A stretch of DNA of 62,126 bases, filler included, from Basidioascus undulatus (taxonomy: Eukaryota): NCBI GenBank assembly GCA_000826855.1. It is 5 parts of 5 records of this genome, joined end to end, with 100 filler letters (N's around TTAATTAATTAA, not from the genome) between each part and the next. Parts side by side here need not be neighbours in the genome. Positions count along the whole stretch, not along the records: positions 1 to 12,360 come from JTLS01000914.1; positions 12,461 to 24,817 come from JTLS01000915.1; 3 more parts are not named here. One strand, given 5' to 3'. Numbering within the stretch: position 1 is the stretch's first letter; every line of letters starts with the position of its first letter. The notes under the pieces were generated by a model. The model was not told where the DNA came from and did not search any database. It worked only from the letters and a program-made list of their open reading frames with translations. The position numbers were made by a program, and so were the translations under genes. Below, piece after piece: positions 1 to 15,817 of the stretch.

Positions 1-46
1 CCCTCTCTCAATCTCTCCCACCCCTCACCCCTCTGTCCCGCCCGTC

Positions 47-445
47 TCACCTGATACGCACCTCCCTCACCCAGAAAATCGACCCCTCCCGCACCCTCTT
101 TAGCGGGCAGGACATCAGCTCGCGGATCGGCTGATCTTCCTCCCCGCTCCCCCCTCCTCCCTTCTTATCCTCCCCACCACCCGTCCTCCTTCCATAACCC
201 CGTCCTACCGCCCCGCATTCGATTTCCCCTCTCTCCTCCTTTTCCGCCTGTACACGGCCCACAGCGCACCGCATCGCATACCCCGCAGCATCATCGCATC
301 TCTTCACTCCAAGTCTATGCGCGGTTCGGGATCGGTGAACATCCGGACGTGTTCCGTCGCCACACTCTGACTGACAAGAAAGGAAGGGGATGCAAGCTGT
401 GCTGACCGGACCTCCAACTGGCTGGCGTCGGACCTCATAAGCATG
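47..445 (-). CDS. Possible 5' part of a hypothetical gene running off the contig start
   Basis: Open frame ...GSIFWVREVRIR ends at a GTGAGA donor-like site near 47-50; no recognisable motif; start uncertain. Confidence 0.2.
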   Translation of the reverse strand, partial: HAYEVRRQPVGGPVSTACIPFLSCQSECGDGTRPDVHRSRTAHRLGVKRCDDAAGYAMRCAVGRVQAEKEERGEIECGAVGRGYGRRTGGGEDKKGGGGSGEEDQPIRELMSCPLKRVREGSIFWVREVRIR

Positions 446-3272
446 CCGAAAACGAAAGCTTCGCGCGGTCGAGCGAAACAAGACGGGAGGGAGGCTTTGC
501 CGCAACGTCTAGGGGGCGGCGGGCATCAAGCGTCCCGAACCATCCATCCCAGCTGAGGTCGTACACAAGATCTTCAAGTCGTCGGACATCAGTTCCGATT
601 CCCCTGAATCGGCTTGGGAGTGCGCACAGCGCGCTCAGTCTCCGTCAGCAGATGAATTTAATTTGTCAGTTGAAGCGCATGATTCTCTCAATTTCCTAGC
701 GTCTGCATTTCGACTGTAACTGAAGTTGCCCCTTCGCCAGTCGCATCCTGCACGCATGCCAGCATTGTCCCTGCTATGATAAGTGTGCACGCTGACAAGC
801 TTCGACGAGTGCCGAATGTGCCTGCTTCTCTTTTATTGACCGATCTGTACAGGTGTGCAATGTTGCCAGGTGCCGTCAGGACGGTCAATGCTGCTCGCAT
901 TTGCGTCCTTCGCTCGGGACCAGCTAGGCTTTGTTACAATTCTGATGAATTCGGCATTGTGAGCTTCGTTCAATCTGATCCGCTTTGTATTAGGGAGGTC
1001 AGGAGCGCATGGGCGAGTGGGACAGGCTCCTGCCGGCCAGGGCACCACTTTTACATGCTTGCTCTCTTCCTCAGCAGCAGCCTAGACATTATTGATAAGC
1101 TTTTATGAACTTCGGTTGACGTAGGGGCGAAGTGGTCCTGGGCGGGCAAGATTGCCAATGTATCGCCTCCGACCTGGTTCTCTCCCCCGAGCATCAGCAC
1201 TCGGGGCAGAATCAGAAGAGCCGATACCAGTAGATCCTGCATTCAGCTGTCTAATAACCTCTCGAGGCAGCTGGAGTATAAATTACTTCGTGCTTCCATT
1301 TCAGTGTCTGGGTGCTGTCCCTCAGAAACATTAGATTCAGAGCGGCGGCCAGCCGAGTGTACCGAGTGTGATTGCAGGCTTGTAGTGTCATTGCAGGGTT
1401 GTTGTGCTGATTTGCAGACCTTGCTAAGGGGCGTGGATGCGAAATGATTTTCATCGTACAAGTCTGATATACCCAGGTGCAGGTAAAGTTTCATTGTTCA
1501 TTGGTGTAGTGCATTGATGTGGTGCATTGATGTACACGCCTATGCCCCACCTCTCTCCAGCACTCCAACGCAACTCAATGGATCCAGACCCTCTTGGATG
1601 CAACACCCCTCCCTTACATGACAAGTGTTATGAGGCTCTGAGCATCCTGATCATTGCCTCTCCAAGAGAAGAAATGTGGTGGCATGCGTCTCGCAGGACC
1701 AGAAGCCAGAAAACACTGTTAGGAGAGTGTGGCGAGAATGATGATCGCTGCAAGCAGGCAGTACGAGGATAAGCCAGACCATTGGGGAGAGGCCTTGATA
1801 CACAATCTCCCTGGATATGTTGACCCAGAATAAGCTGAACGGGTGGACAGGCTTGTCAGTCGCGCACTGGATGTCTTCCCGCAACTGCACGCACCCCAGC
1901 CAGGTTTGAAAGGAGTGTTCCAGCCGGCAGTGACAAACTGTACAGCTTATCCTGTCATCTCAAAGGTCTATATGGAAAGGTAAAGCCCAAACGCAACCGC
2001 CAGGCCAAACATGCCATGATGACTGGCAGCAAAACAAGGAGACCGCCGCTAGGCGGAGCGCGGCCACCAGATGCTTGCCATGCCGAGCGGAAGAAGCGTC
2101 AAAGGAGGCAAAGATAACAAGAAGGGTTGTAGGTATGGGAAGTTAGTTGAGCAGCAAACGAGAAGCAACCGTTCGCTTGGTTGGAGCTGAGGAGACAGTG
2201 TATCAAAGCCTGACCGCCGAGGGCCTGGAACTTGCACATGGAACTGTGGGCAGGCTTGAGGGCCATAAGTATTCAGCGTCGAGGCCTCCTATCGGTCAGA
2301 CAAACCTCCTGGTGTGTGATAGGAACGGCAAATCTTGTGTCAAGCAGATCCATGCAACTCAAAAGACTGTTGTGGATGGGGAATCGGACCTGCTGCACGC
2401 AGTGACGGCCCTCTCCCTTCAAGTTCTTTGTGAGGGTTTCGATGCGAGATCACACTTGTAAGTCAATGTGAAACTGTAATAAGTCCGCATTGAGAAATTT
2501 GCAGTCGCCCTTCAATCTCAGAACACCTCCAGATCACCTTTTCCGCATCAAAGTATCCAGAAGTCGTTGTGGTGCACACCGGCTGGCCATGGGGGAAGGT
2601 CTAAACCTCACATGGCGAGGGGCCGTTAAGCAGCAACATCGCCGTTTGCCTTCAAGTGTGCATGCGAACTGCACTCGAATATCCCATACCGACCGCATGA
2701 AAGAAAAGAAAGCTGTCGGTTGCGAGAGGAGAGATTCGCGATGCGCGGGCTGCCGGGCAAGCAGCCTGCAGCGGAAGTGGATTTCGACTCGCAGTGTCGT
2801 CCGACCCAAACAGCAGACAGCAGACTCACGTGTGCACGTCTCTCGCGTGCAGGACGCCAACGACGAGGCGGCGAAATATAAATGGCATGAAGCCAAGGCC
2901 AGTTGTCGGTCAAACACGGGCCACATGACCTTCGTTCCCCGGAGCAGCTTGTGGACAACGAACGGTTTCCTGTCGGCTTCCTCAGCAGTCTGGTACGCCC
3001 CCGAGTTGGCCGCGGCTCCATGGAGTTTCGTGGAGTTCCTGGTTGCTCGCCCGTCCAGGACCCTGTTTGGCGCACCAATAAACGACCCACCAAAGTCGAA
3101 GGCCACCGACTTGAGCCTTCGCCGTCTGTACGCGGGGGTCCAAGCTGTCCAGAGGCGCTCGCTGCAATATTAGAGCTGCACGCCCTTCCGCAGGCTCTGT
3201 CCACCGCCACCCTTCTTCTTTTTCCTCTATCCTCTCCCACTAGAGCCCCCCCCGAAGAGACCCATTTTCAGC

Positions 3273-5819
3273 ATGTCAGAGACAAAAGACTTGAAGCGGG
3301 AGGTATCGCACGTGGATCATGTCTACAAGTGCGTTTCATTGCATGCACCACGCTCCTTTCACCGATTGCGACTCATCCCAGCCTTTCTTTTCAGGGAGGA
3401 CTTGCGCGCCGCCGAGGGGCAGGAGCACATCAACCTGAACAGGAACGTCTCTGGCAGGTCCGTCTTTCTCGCTCTCTTCATCCCTCCCATGCATGCGTCG
3501 CCGCTCACTGTGGCACTGCCTTGCAGGATCCGCAACCCCTTGGCTGGTATCCCGCGCGAGCAGCTGCTGCATCAGGTGGACGAGTTTGCGCACGAGGCGG
3601 GCATGACGGACATCCTCCCGCTCCTCCACAAGGGCGCGCTCGTCGCCCAGAACCCGGCCGAGTTCGAGTCGGTCGCCGAGCTCGAGGACGTCGAGCGCGA
3701 GGCGCTCCGCAACGAGGTCCTCCACAAGTGGCGCCAGCCGCTCTCCCTCTACCTCACCATCATCACTTGCTCTATCGGCGCGGCCGTGCAGTGAGTCCTT
3801 CTACAGTGTGGAAGTTGGGGAAGCGACGTGTTGCTGACAGGCAGCGTGGTGACCGCAGGGGTTGGGACCAGACGGGGTCCAACGGTGCCAACCTCTCCTT
3901 CCCTACGGAGTTCGGCATCGCTGCGGCTGAGGGAGAGCCAAACCACGACCGGGACAACTGGATTGTAGGTATTGTGAATGCGGCACCGTACCTTGCCTCT
4001 GCTTTTCTGTGCGTCGGCACTCTCCGCCCTTGCTCATACAGTCCAGCACTGACCAGCTTTTCCATCTGTTGTAGTGGCTGCTGGATCTCCGACCCGCTGA
4101 ACCACTACTTCGGCCGTCGCGGCACCATCTTCTTCTCCGGCATTTTCTGCTTCCTCCCTGTCATCGGCTGCGCTTTCTGCCAGAACTGGCAACAGCTCTT
4201 CATCTGTCGCCTTCTCATGGGCATCGGAATGGGTTCGAAGGGATCCACGGTCCCCATCTACGCTGCCGAGAACAGCCCCGCCTCGATCCGTGGAGGTCTC
4301 GTCATGAGCTGGCAGATGTGGACCGCATTCGGTATCTTCTTGTAAGCAATCAAACCCCTTAGCGCTTACTCCGACCCTGTTGAGCTTGCGCGCTGACATT
4401 CCTCTGACTTTTTAACACGTAACAGGGGTTTCTGTGCCAACCTGGCTGTCTTCAAGGTCGGCGACATCGCTTGGCGCTTGCAACTCGGCTCGGCCTTCAT
4501 CCCCGCCATCCCGCTCCTCCTTCTCATCTACTTCTGCCCCGAGTCCCCACGCTGGTACATCAAGAAGGGCCGGTTCCAGGACGCGTACAAGTCTCTAGTC
4601 CGTCTTCGCAACACGCCGCTCCAGGCCGCCCGCGACCTGTACTACATCAACGTCCAGCTCATCGAGGAGTCCGCCATCATCGGCAAGAGCAACTATGTCA
4701 CGCGCTTCATCCAGCTCTTCACCATCCCCCGCGTTCGTCGCGCTACGCTCGCGTCTTTCACGGTAATGCTCGGGCAGCAGGTGAGTGTCTCGTATTCCAA
4801 TTCCCCTGTTCCGAACCGTGAAAGACGGCTGACATGGCTGCACCCACCCGTAGATGTGCGGCATCAACATCATCGCGTTCTACTCCTCCACTGTCTTCCG
4901 CGGTGCCGGCGCCTCCACCAAGGAGGCACTCCTCGCCTCGTGGGGCTTCGGTCTCGTCAACTTCGTCTTCGCCTGGCCCGCCATCCGCACGATCGACTCC
5001 TTCGGGCGCCGTAGCCTTCTCCTTTTCACCTTCCCGCAGATGGCCTGGACGCTGCTTGCCGCCGGGTTCTGCTTCTACATCCCCGAGTCGAGCAAGGCGC
5101 ACCTTGGACTCATCGCGCTCTTCATCTTCCTCTTCGCTGCGTTCTACTCGCCCGGCGAGGGGCCCGTGCCGTTCACGTACTCTGCCGAGGTCTTCCCTCT
5201 GTCCCACCGTGGTGCGCATTCCATTCCTCTGGGTGGGTCTGACTTGCTTTTGCTAATTCTCATTGAGTACATCTGCTTCAGAGGTCGGCATGAGCTGGGC
5301 AGTGGCGACGTGCTTGTTCTGGGCTGCGATTCTTTCCATCACCTTCCCCCGCATGCTTTCCGCTTTCGGCAGTGTTGGCAGTTTCGGGTTCTACGCGTAC
5401 GGGCCATTTTGTTTCCTCCATTTCTCCTACACCAGACTGACCCTTTTTCTCGTCGCTCCAGGGGCCTGAACGTCATCGCTCTCATCATGATCTTCCTCTG
5501 GGTGCCCGAGACAAAGCAGCGCACGCTTGAAGAGCTCGACTATGTCTGTGAGTCTTCCAAACTTCATTCTCTTCCACTTCCCATCAAATTTTCTCGTCGA
5601 TGTTCATACGACTGATTGTGTTCCATGCACCCCTTACTCTCAGTTGCCGTGCCGACCCGCACGCACATGCACTACCAAGTCACCAAGGCGCTGCCGTACT
5701 TCATCCGGCGCTGGGTCTTCTTCGACAAGAACGCCACCCTCGAGCCGCTCTACCACTTCGACGCTCCCGTCGCTTCTGACGCGGACAAGGCCGTTGTTAA
5801 GGAGAAGCAGTTGCAGTAG
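3273..5819 (+). CDS. MFS sugar porter family transporter (myo-inositol/polyol-like), about 9 introns
   Basis: Spliced exons give [15 protein letters not shown]..., [117 protein letters not shown] introns; stop TAG at 5817-5819. Confidence 0.93.
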
Positions 5820-6880
5820 AGCGCGATTCGTCTTCTGTGCAATGTACCGTGTATAGTTCAGGGCACGGATTGTCTTGTATTCATGCTTGCCATCATTCAT
5901 TGGGTATGTTAGTACGCACGCATTTTGCGGTCATTGTTAATATCGTCGTCCAAGTCTGCTGCCCTGATAAGTTCCTTGATGTAGTTGAAAAGCAAAAAAG
6001 CGCAGATTGCTGGAGCTTCGAGCTCAACCACCGTTTCGCTTGCGGTGAGGTAGGGCGAGTATTCTCAGCGAAGCTTAGGGGTTTTAAACAGCTGGGGTAA
6101 CTAGAAGGATAGGTCGGCTTTCAGGCCCGAATAGAGGAGCGCGATGGCGGAACGCAGTGGACCTGGCTGCCGTATAGATTATGCGGGCCAATCCCAAGGT
6201 CCGATGAAGTACCCGGTTGCCATAGACCCAAGCATGAAAGTTTGAGAAAGTAGCATTCAGGCATCGGACCACACAAGCATGCTAAACCAAACAGCTGTGG
6301 GGTCCATGGTACATCGTGCACTGCGCCAGCGATCAGACAGGACACCTGCAGCCGCTTGCTTGGATTTAGACAGACCCATCCTTTCCAATTTTGGTCCAGA
6401 GCTATATCGGGATTACATTTACCCCGTCAAAAAGCCCAGTAGCTGACTCTTTTCTGCGCAACGAGTGCGGGAAGATCTTGTGCTCTGCCAGCCGGGCACA
6501 ACAATGGCTGTAGCTCCCCCGCTTTGAGCTGGCGGAATCCTACTTTCAGGTAAGATGTTACACACAAAATCTCCGGATTTTGTTTTCTATGTCAAAGCAA
6601 GGCGAGCTTTCACCTGTTGATCTGTGCGACTGGTGCAGCAGGTGCCAAACACATCCCTTCCTTTTGCAGAGAATGAAGCGCCGACAGCCCGACAACATTT
6701 CCAGTGTTCCGCATGAATACCAAGCACAGGCACGCGAAGTCATTTCAGGCGTACAAACATACTTCTCCTGAAAGTCACACGAAGCAACCCCGCGCACCAA
6801 GACTACCACGAAACCCGCAGTCGAAATACATTCCCCTTCGCTCTGCTCCCCTGCTCCCTTCCACGTACGTCTACCATACC

Positions 6881-9013
<2,133 letters not shown>

Positions 9014-9699
9014 TGTATTCTCGTCTTGAATCTAAGGGTATGGGTGGCTTGGGTATGGGGTCTGTAGCCCTGATGGTGGTGATGGTGGTAGCGAACGTAG
9101 AGCAGATAAAGCAGAGAATCTTGAAACGAAACGACAAGGTCGAGCATGAGCCGTGAGGTCGAGGGTCGGTTCGTAGTTTGCCGGCCACTCCGGCACGCGT
9201 TGGCCCGGCTATGATGGCTGACAATTCACGTCGTTGTGTTTTCGTGTTTCATTTATTCGAACGTGTTTTCCTTCCTCTACAGTTTGCCTTGACAACTCAC
9301 TACCACTAGGAGGTGCAGTATTACTATCGACAATCCTCGTTGTGTGGCTGGTCTACTCTTTCCAGTTTCATGAAAGCGTCTACTTCATGAAATGAGCGCT
9401 CCTCGGCCTGCATAGGCTTGAAGGCGCGACGTGCCTTCCTTTACTTCTTGTCCTCTTGCACACCTGACCCTCCCGCACAATATCACCTACTCATCATACC
9501 AGCTGACGATGAGACTCAAGCTCCAAGTATAAGAGATCGATTGGCGAAGGAGGAAGGGACAGCAAGGGAGACGAGATGTCGGATACGGAGGTGGATATCG
9601 CGGTGCGTCCGACTATGCTGCTTCCCAACATCTCATACACCTTGACTTGCGCTTGCTTCTGCCGACGGTCCTGCAGAGCAAGCTCCTCAAAGCGCTCTC

Positions 9700-11235
9700 C
9701 TTTTCCTTCACCCACATGGGCGTGATTGACTACGCGCCCACCCCATCGCACCCCTTCACCCACCGGACTTCCCCCTTCTCGCACCGCATCCAACGCTGCA
9801 CGCCCCCGCCCTCTGCGGACCGCACGGGCCGTCCCTCTCGCCGGCGGAGATCCGGCGCTTCAAAGCGGCCGCGACGAGCTCCGAGCCGGGCGTGTGGGAG
9901 ATCGCGGACGTGCCCACGTCCAACCCGGCCTGGGACCGCTGGCTGGGCGGTAGTCGAGGCGGCGCAGGTGGGGCTGGGCGTGCAGGGCTCGAGGGAGGAC
10001 GTGAGGGCTGTGTCGGGAAGGATGGTCTTGTTTGAGGGAAGGGGCGAGGTCGCTGCTGCGTGAGTCCAGTTCAGTCCGGCACATGAGCACATCCTTCCGC
10101 ATATGCTAAACAAAAGTCGTTGTTTCGGGGGAAAAGGGTCTACACCCCTTCAAGGCTCGCTCGGAACGCTCATGATCGTTCTACCAAGGCCGCACACGGG
10201 CGGGACGCTGCGGCTCTCCGCGAGCTGGCAGACGCGCTCGTTCGACTCGGGCCGTCGAGCGAGTTCAATGCGAGCTTCGTAGCCGCGTAGTCTGGTTATC
10301 CATTCCATCTGTGTCTTTGCGACTGGTATTCTTAATGCATGCTACCAGGTGGTACAACGGCGTCCAGACGCGCCTCGCCTCGCCCCTCACGTCCGGCGTG
10401 CGCCTCGCCCGTTTCTACGACGTCCTCTATTACACGGGCTTGACGCCGCCGACGGTCCCCGATCACGGAAAGGCGACTGCCGACCTTCGCTGGGTGCGTT
10501 AGCACTTTCCGTGTCTCTGTATTTCCCTTGATACGGCGCCCCGGCTGCACGGACAGGTTCTCCGCAAGTAGCTCTCCCTCAAATCGCCGGAGCGTCTTGC
10601 CTTTCTGCTGAAGAAACCACCTCTGTGCGCGTCTTCCTGGTTCCCATTCTCCCTCTCGTCTCTTTCCTGCCTCCTGATTCCTCTCCCCATTGACTTTCTT
10701 CCAGTCGCCCTCCCCTGAACAGTAACCCCTCCCTTGCGACCCTCCGCGGCGTCGACAGCGCGGCGGTGCAAGTCCTGCTTGACCTCCGCGGCCCGCTCAA
10801 CATCCTCCTCTTCTTCGGCTTGGTCGAGCACATCGTGTCCGGCGACGCGGTTTGCGTATGGGAACCGTACGCGGACCTCGGTGCGGACTGGGAGGGCCCG
10901 CCGGGGAAGCGCAAGGGTTTCCTGGGCAGGGAGTACCTCGACGAGGAGCAGATGCCTGAGTTCGCGGAGTACGAGATGGACGGGGAGCCGTAGAGAGGAA
11001 GACTTGTAGCTGTCTTTTAGGCGTCTGCGCGAGGGTGAAGAGAGGTACATTGATGCGCTGAAGATGGACAGATGTCACCCAGTTGGTCGGAATCGATGGC
11101 TCGAAGATCAAGTTCGCCCCGCGCGCGTTCGCGCTCAGGGACGGCGAGCTCGCTGCGGCAAGAGAGCGGCTTGAGGAGTGGCGGAACGACGAGAAGCATG
11201 ATGGAGAGGTGAGCGGCGATCTTGCTGTCCGAGGT
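9700..11235 (+). pseudogene. Degenerate fungal 2OG-Fe(II) oxygenase-like gene
   Basis: Segments WEIADVPTSNPAWDRWL / VVEAAQVGLGV...RMVLFE / LGTLMIVLPRPHTGGTLRL / SEFNASFVA / WYNGV...PLTSGVRL / LATLRGVD resemble this family in order, but need frame changes near 9948 and 10250 and cross stops near 10991-11010. Boundaries approximate. Confidence 0.55.
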
Positions 11236-12360
11236 GAGCGGAGCGCCCACTCACCAAGGCTGACTGTTATTGTGTGCGATATAGACATATGAATGGCGTA
11301 AGGACCAGCTCTGACAGTAACAGGACGTGCCGGGCAGCTAAACTCGTCTCTTACCCACGCAAACCCAGACTACCGCCACACCGCCGTCCTCCTCCTCCCC
11401 ACGCACAGATACCTCGACCTCGTCCGATGTGCCTATCAGGACGAATCCTGCCTCCAGGACCTCTCCACGCGCCTGCGGTCCGTCCTCGCCTCGCCCCCCC
11501 TCGCCCTCCCACACAGCCGAGCTGTCCGCCCTCGCGCGCGTGGCCCTGCGCAGCGCGCGCGACTGCCCGTACCCATCCGCGATGTCGTACGCGTGGCCCG
11601 TGAGCTCAGTGGGGATCACCCAAGTACTCAGCCTGGTCGTCCAGATCGCTGCGAGGCTCAAGACCTGAAGCTGTTTGTCCTGGCTGCGGATACAGCGCTC
11701 GCGAGGTCCCTGCCGGTGATGGAATTGCTGGATGAGGGGGTTGTGGCGTTTGGGGGGATGTGATCAAGGAGAAGTGAGGTAGATTCTTCCTTCGCTCTGA
11801 AGATCGGGTGCTTATGTCTCTTCTATTATGATAGGTTCGCAGGCGCGATCGAGGTCCTGCTGAATGCCGACGCATGCCGCCATGTTCTCTGGACAATGGT
11901 GCTCAAAATGGGGATAGCGCTGGTGTTGGCCGATCCTGCATCGGATCCCAAGCGCAAGGCGACGGACGGGCACGAGACCAAGCCGTCGCCGAATGCACGC
12001 CAGTGAAACTGTTTCGAGGCTTGGTGCATTTGCGCGGTACGGGACGCTGGGCGCACTGGGCGCTGCATGATTGATCTCTTAGAGCTCGTTGTCTACTTGC
12101 TTGTTATAATTTTGCAACCTTTTGAACCGCCAGACTCAGAACGCTCGGGGCTGTCTTGCACTCCGCACCCAATGGCTGGGACATCGCGCTGCGTCGCGCT
12201 GTCCGCGATATTGCGACCATCTGCCACCTTCCGCACAAGCAAACCATTGCCTCAATCGAGCAATCAAGTACTACCTCTCCCCCGCAGCAACCTCCTCCCA
12301 CCTCCTCCTCCTCCCGCGCTCCTTCCAGTCCCCCTGCCCCTCCTCCTCCTCCTCCACCTC

Positions 12361-12460
12361 NNNNNNNNNNNNNNNNNNNNNNNNNNNNNNNNNNNNNNNN
12401 NNNNTTAATTAATTAANNNNNNNNNNNNNNNNNNNNNNNNNNNNNNNNNNNNNNNNNNNN
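12361..12460. other. Artificial contig linker
   Basis: N44-TTAATTAATTAA-N44 (stops in all six frames), identical in four places. Confidence 0.98.
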
Positions 12461-12866
12461 CTCTCCCAGCCGCAGCTGTACCTACCAAACCTCCTCCCCA
12501 TCCAAGCGTCCCTCCTCTCCGCCATCCCGCACCGCGCCTCCGTCCCCCTCCAAAACCCGCAAAGCCGGCACGCGCCGCCAGCCCGTTGCAGTCGTCGACG
12601 ACTCGGACACGTCCGACACGGACGACGGCGCCGCGGTCGGCGCGCTCCTTCTTCGCGCTGGCAGCCCGATGCGCCTCGGCACGCCCGCAAGGTTCACGCT
12701 CGCCGCTGGGGAGCGGATGGAGCTCGGGACGCCTACGAAACCACCCCCGGACGTGGACGTCTTCGGGTCTAGCGCGATGGACATCACCTCGCCACCCCGC
12801 CTCGCGGTGCCGCTCTTGCCTACGAGACGGAGCGCGAGGGTCGCGGCGAGGGTGGGCGTGGCGTAG
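12461..12866 (+). CDS. 3' end of an unknown low-complexity protein, truncated by contig start
   Basis: Open frame from the contig edge [23 protein letters not shown]...DDSDTSDTDDG...PTRRSARVAARVGVA* followed by AT-richer UTR-like sequence. Confidence 0.5.
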
Positions 12867-13327
12867 AGCGTGATTTGAGTTGCTGGTGATACCCGCTGGA
12901 TTGGTGCTTCGTATTTTCTGCTACTTTCTGAGCATTGCGCTGTGACTTGCATTGTACATACTTTAACTGCTCGTGTACATTGTACTTCTATTGTGTTTGT
13001 GCAATCTATCACGCGTCGAGGCCCTGGATGCATGCGGTCGGCGTGGCTGGAAATTTCTGACTGCGTACAAGCCTGACCGTCAATAGGCATACGAAGTGCG
13101 CGTGTGTTACTGCCTGCAGAGGCTGAGCCATGGCATAACAGACGAACATTCCGCGAGTCGACGGCGTTCGCAAGACTGCGACTCTTCAAGTCGATTCAGT
13201 CTCACTATTACAACACACACTGCTTATGTGTTCAGCGAATCGCAGAATGATATTCGATTTACAGATTCAATTAGGTCACTTCGAGGCTCACTTTCCTGGT
13301 ACCGAAGCGTGTCGGCCGCCGGGTAGC

Positions 13328-14643
13328 GTTTTCCTGATCTCCCTGGCAGAACACGACTCCAGCTTGGCCATCGCCGCCTTCTCCGCGACCTGCTCGTCTC
13401 CTCGACCACTCTTCGCTCGATTTGCATGGCATTCGCTCATCTCAAACCGGCAGCATGTACTTCTCACCGCGTATCGCGTATTCTCGCGTTCGCTATCATT
13501 CCGAACCTCGACCCGGATGCCGAGGTGGCAAACTGACCCGGAGCTGCGCAGCTCGAACTGAGGCTGGTGTGCATATCATTGAACATGCGCATGCGAATCT
13601 ATGGCTCTTCTCTCTTCGTGGGCTAAAATTCAATGTGTTATCAGGTGATTGCGATCCCGTTGCTTTCCAAAAAGCTCGCCCTTGTCGATTTGACCTACAT
13701 CCTCGGCCTTGCGGCGCACCTCGCTCGATGCCACCTTCGAGGCGCAAATGAAAATCTGGATGCTACATTCGCGACATCGAGATATATATAGAGATATCCC
13801 ATGTTTTGCTCAAAGTTTTTCATATGACGCTCATGTCAATCATCACCCACACGCCTCGCCTCGCATTTCCTGTTCCGATTGCAAGGCGACCCCGTCACGT
13901 ACCAGCGTCCTCCGATTGCGCGCGTCTTGCTGCTCTGTACCATGCGCCTCAACATTCCGGATTCTCGAGGGCCTTCATGTCACCCTCGAGCAGGATTTGC
14001 TTCTTGCCTTCCTCAACACCTGCACGAATCGCTCTACGGGTCCAACAATATCGAATCGCACACTATTTCGGGCGTAGGTCTAGTACTAACTCGTCTTCGG
14101 GATATACGTTGGTCACCGAGCGTGATGACGCCGCTTTCACGCATACCCTGATGCGCTCAGAGCTGCTGATGCTTCGGACACTGGATCTCGAGTTCCGAAA
14201 AGCCAGACTGTCGTCAAGGAGCATCACATATGCGGATTTTCTCGAAAGACTCGCTCAATAGCTTGCATCTTGATGACAGCGGGGGTGCTGAACGGCCGTT
14301 CAGCGCTTCTGTCCGTCTCTCCACTCAATCACTCTATCCAAGAAGATCTTCGCATCTTGGGAGGTTCATTCGCTCCAAAACTCTATGATCATACAATAAT
14401 CTCCGAGAGTGCTACATGCTAGACGAAGGCGGCAAATCCACCAGCTTTCTCAGAGCGGTACAGCTCTGTCCTCCGCCGATGCTCGAGCGAGTGGTGCTCG
14501 TCGACTTCGATGCTTTCGACACCTTCGAGGCGGACGAGAAGCTACTGCTCGAAGAGCATTCGTTGAGGTTTGCTGAGCGGGAAATTGTGCTAGAAGTTGA
14601 ATGCCCTGGCCAAGTCGTCACATTTGGCCCCTCCCATGATTGA
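13328..14643 (+). pseudogene. Possible decayed F-box/LRR-like gene
   Basis: FPDLP...LLVSSTTLRSIC resembles an F-box start; Leu-rich fragments (LRTLDLEF, PPMLERVVLVDF) lie in different frames with stops. Confidence 0.25.
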
Positions 14644-15817
14644 GGTTGGAGGCTCTATTCTGTATTGCTGCATGACCCTTGCATTCCTGTCTCTAATAAA
14701 ATCTACAAGGCATTTTTGACTGTGGGGGCTGTTTGCTTTTTCACAAGACGTTCCAAGTTAAGTGAGTCGTCTGACACTGACGTTTGACAACCTCAGCTCC
14801 CCAAGTGCTTCAGAATCCCTTGGATGGATTGCTCGTTAGCAATTGTTATGGTGTCCTTATCTTTTGAACCAGCACCATACTTGATTTTCTCCTGACCCGC
14901 TTGAGTAACCGCCGCGGGCCGGGAAGACGCTTTTGTCAGTCCAGCCGCGCCCCGAGCAGCAGCTCGTCGCTCGTCATGCAGCAAAAGACCGAAGGTGGGC
15001 TGGTATAGTCTACATATTGATGAGAGTTTTTTTGGCGCTTGTCCTATGCCGGATTATGTAGGCGCGTGTATTCCGGGTAACGGTTCATTTCAATTTCGTG
15101 TATGTCGTGCAACGGGCATTGTCCTCCTCGCACGTCGTATCCGATGGATTGATTCGGTTGTACCCACGTTCCCAGACCAATGGCACGATGAATCGTTACA
15201 TAATTATTTTTCATGAAACAACGTCTGCTGCGCACGCAACGCCTAGTCGCTGCTAGGTGTGGCTCACTGCCTGGGACCGCGCCCATACGTCTCAAACGGA
15301 CAACAGATGAGAAGATGAGGAAGCCCCTCTAGTTGTCTTTGTACAGGCATTGCAGGAGTCCTATACGCAATAAGAAAGTTTAAGATGGACTGTTACATGC
15401 GTGAGATGAATACAGCAGTGTGTGAACCGCACTGCTGCAGCGGCATAGCCTAGAGCCGATATTCCACGGTCATCTGCAGCAACGCCTCGCCTCATCTTTC
15501 TTCCCCATGCTACCGGCTCTCCTGTCACCCTGGAAATAATGACCACGGCGTTGAACTGCAAAGTATTTCTGTACCAGCAGTCTTGCCTCATGTTGATCCC
15601 AGTCCCAGCTGGGCGTTGACGGTAGTGCAACGGCTGCGTACCGGCTCGCTGCCTTGTTCACCTAAGGCCCTGGTGTCCGGTGTAGGAGGGGCAATCCGAT
15701 GCAACCGACTTGTTGTTTCCATCGCGGCTTGTTCTCCCTCAAGTCCATCGCCATCGCTCCCTTCTCTCCTTAGACACACCCCCATACCTATACCTAGCTA
15801 AAAATTCATATCACAAA

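Noticed and set aside
9366..9391. Twin TTCATGAA palindromes between the NMO and 2OG-like genes
   Set aside because: Short AT-rich palindromes with no factor I can assign; a similar one occurs near 15209 without comparable context.
11338..11668. GC-rich ORF-like stretch open on both strands
   Set aside because: No start, splice context or motif lets me choose a strand or product.
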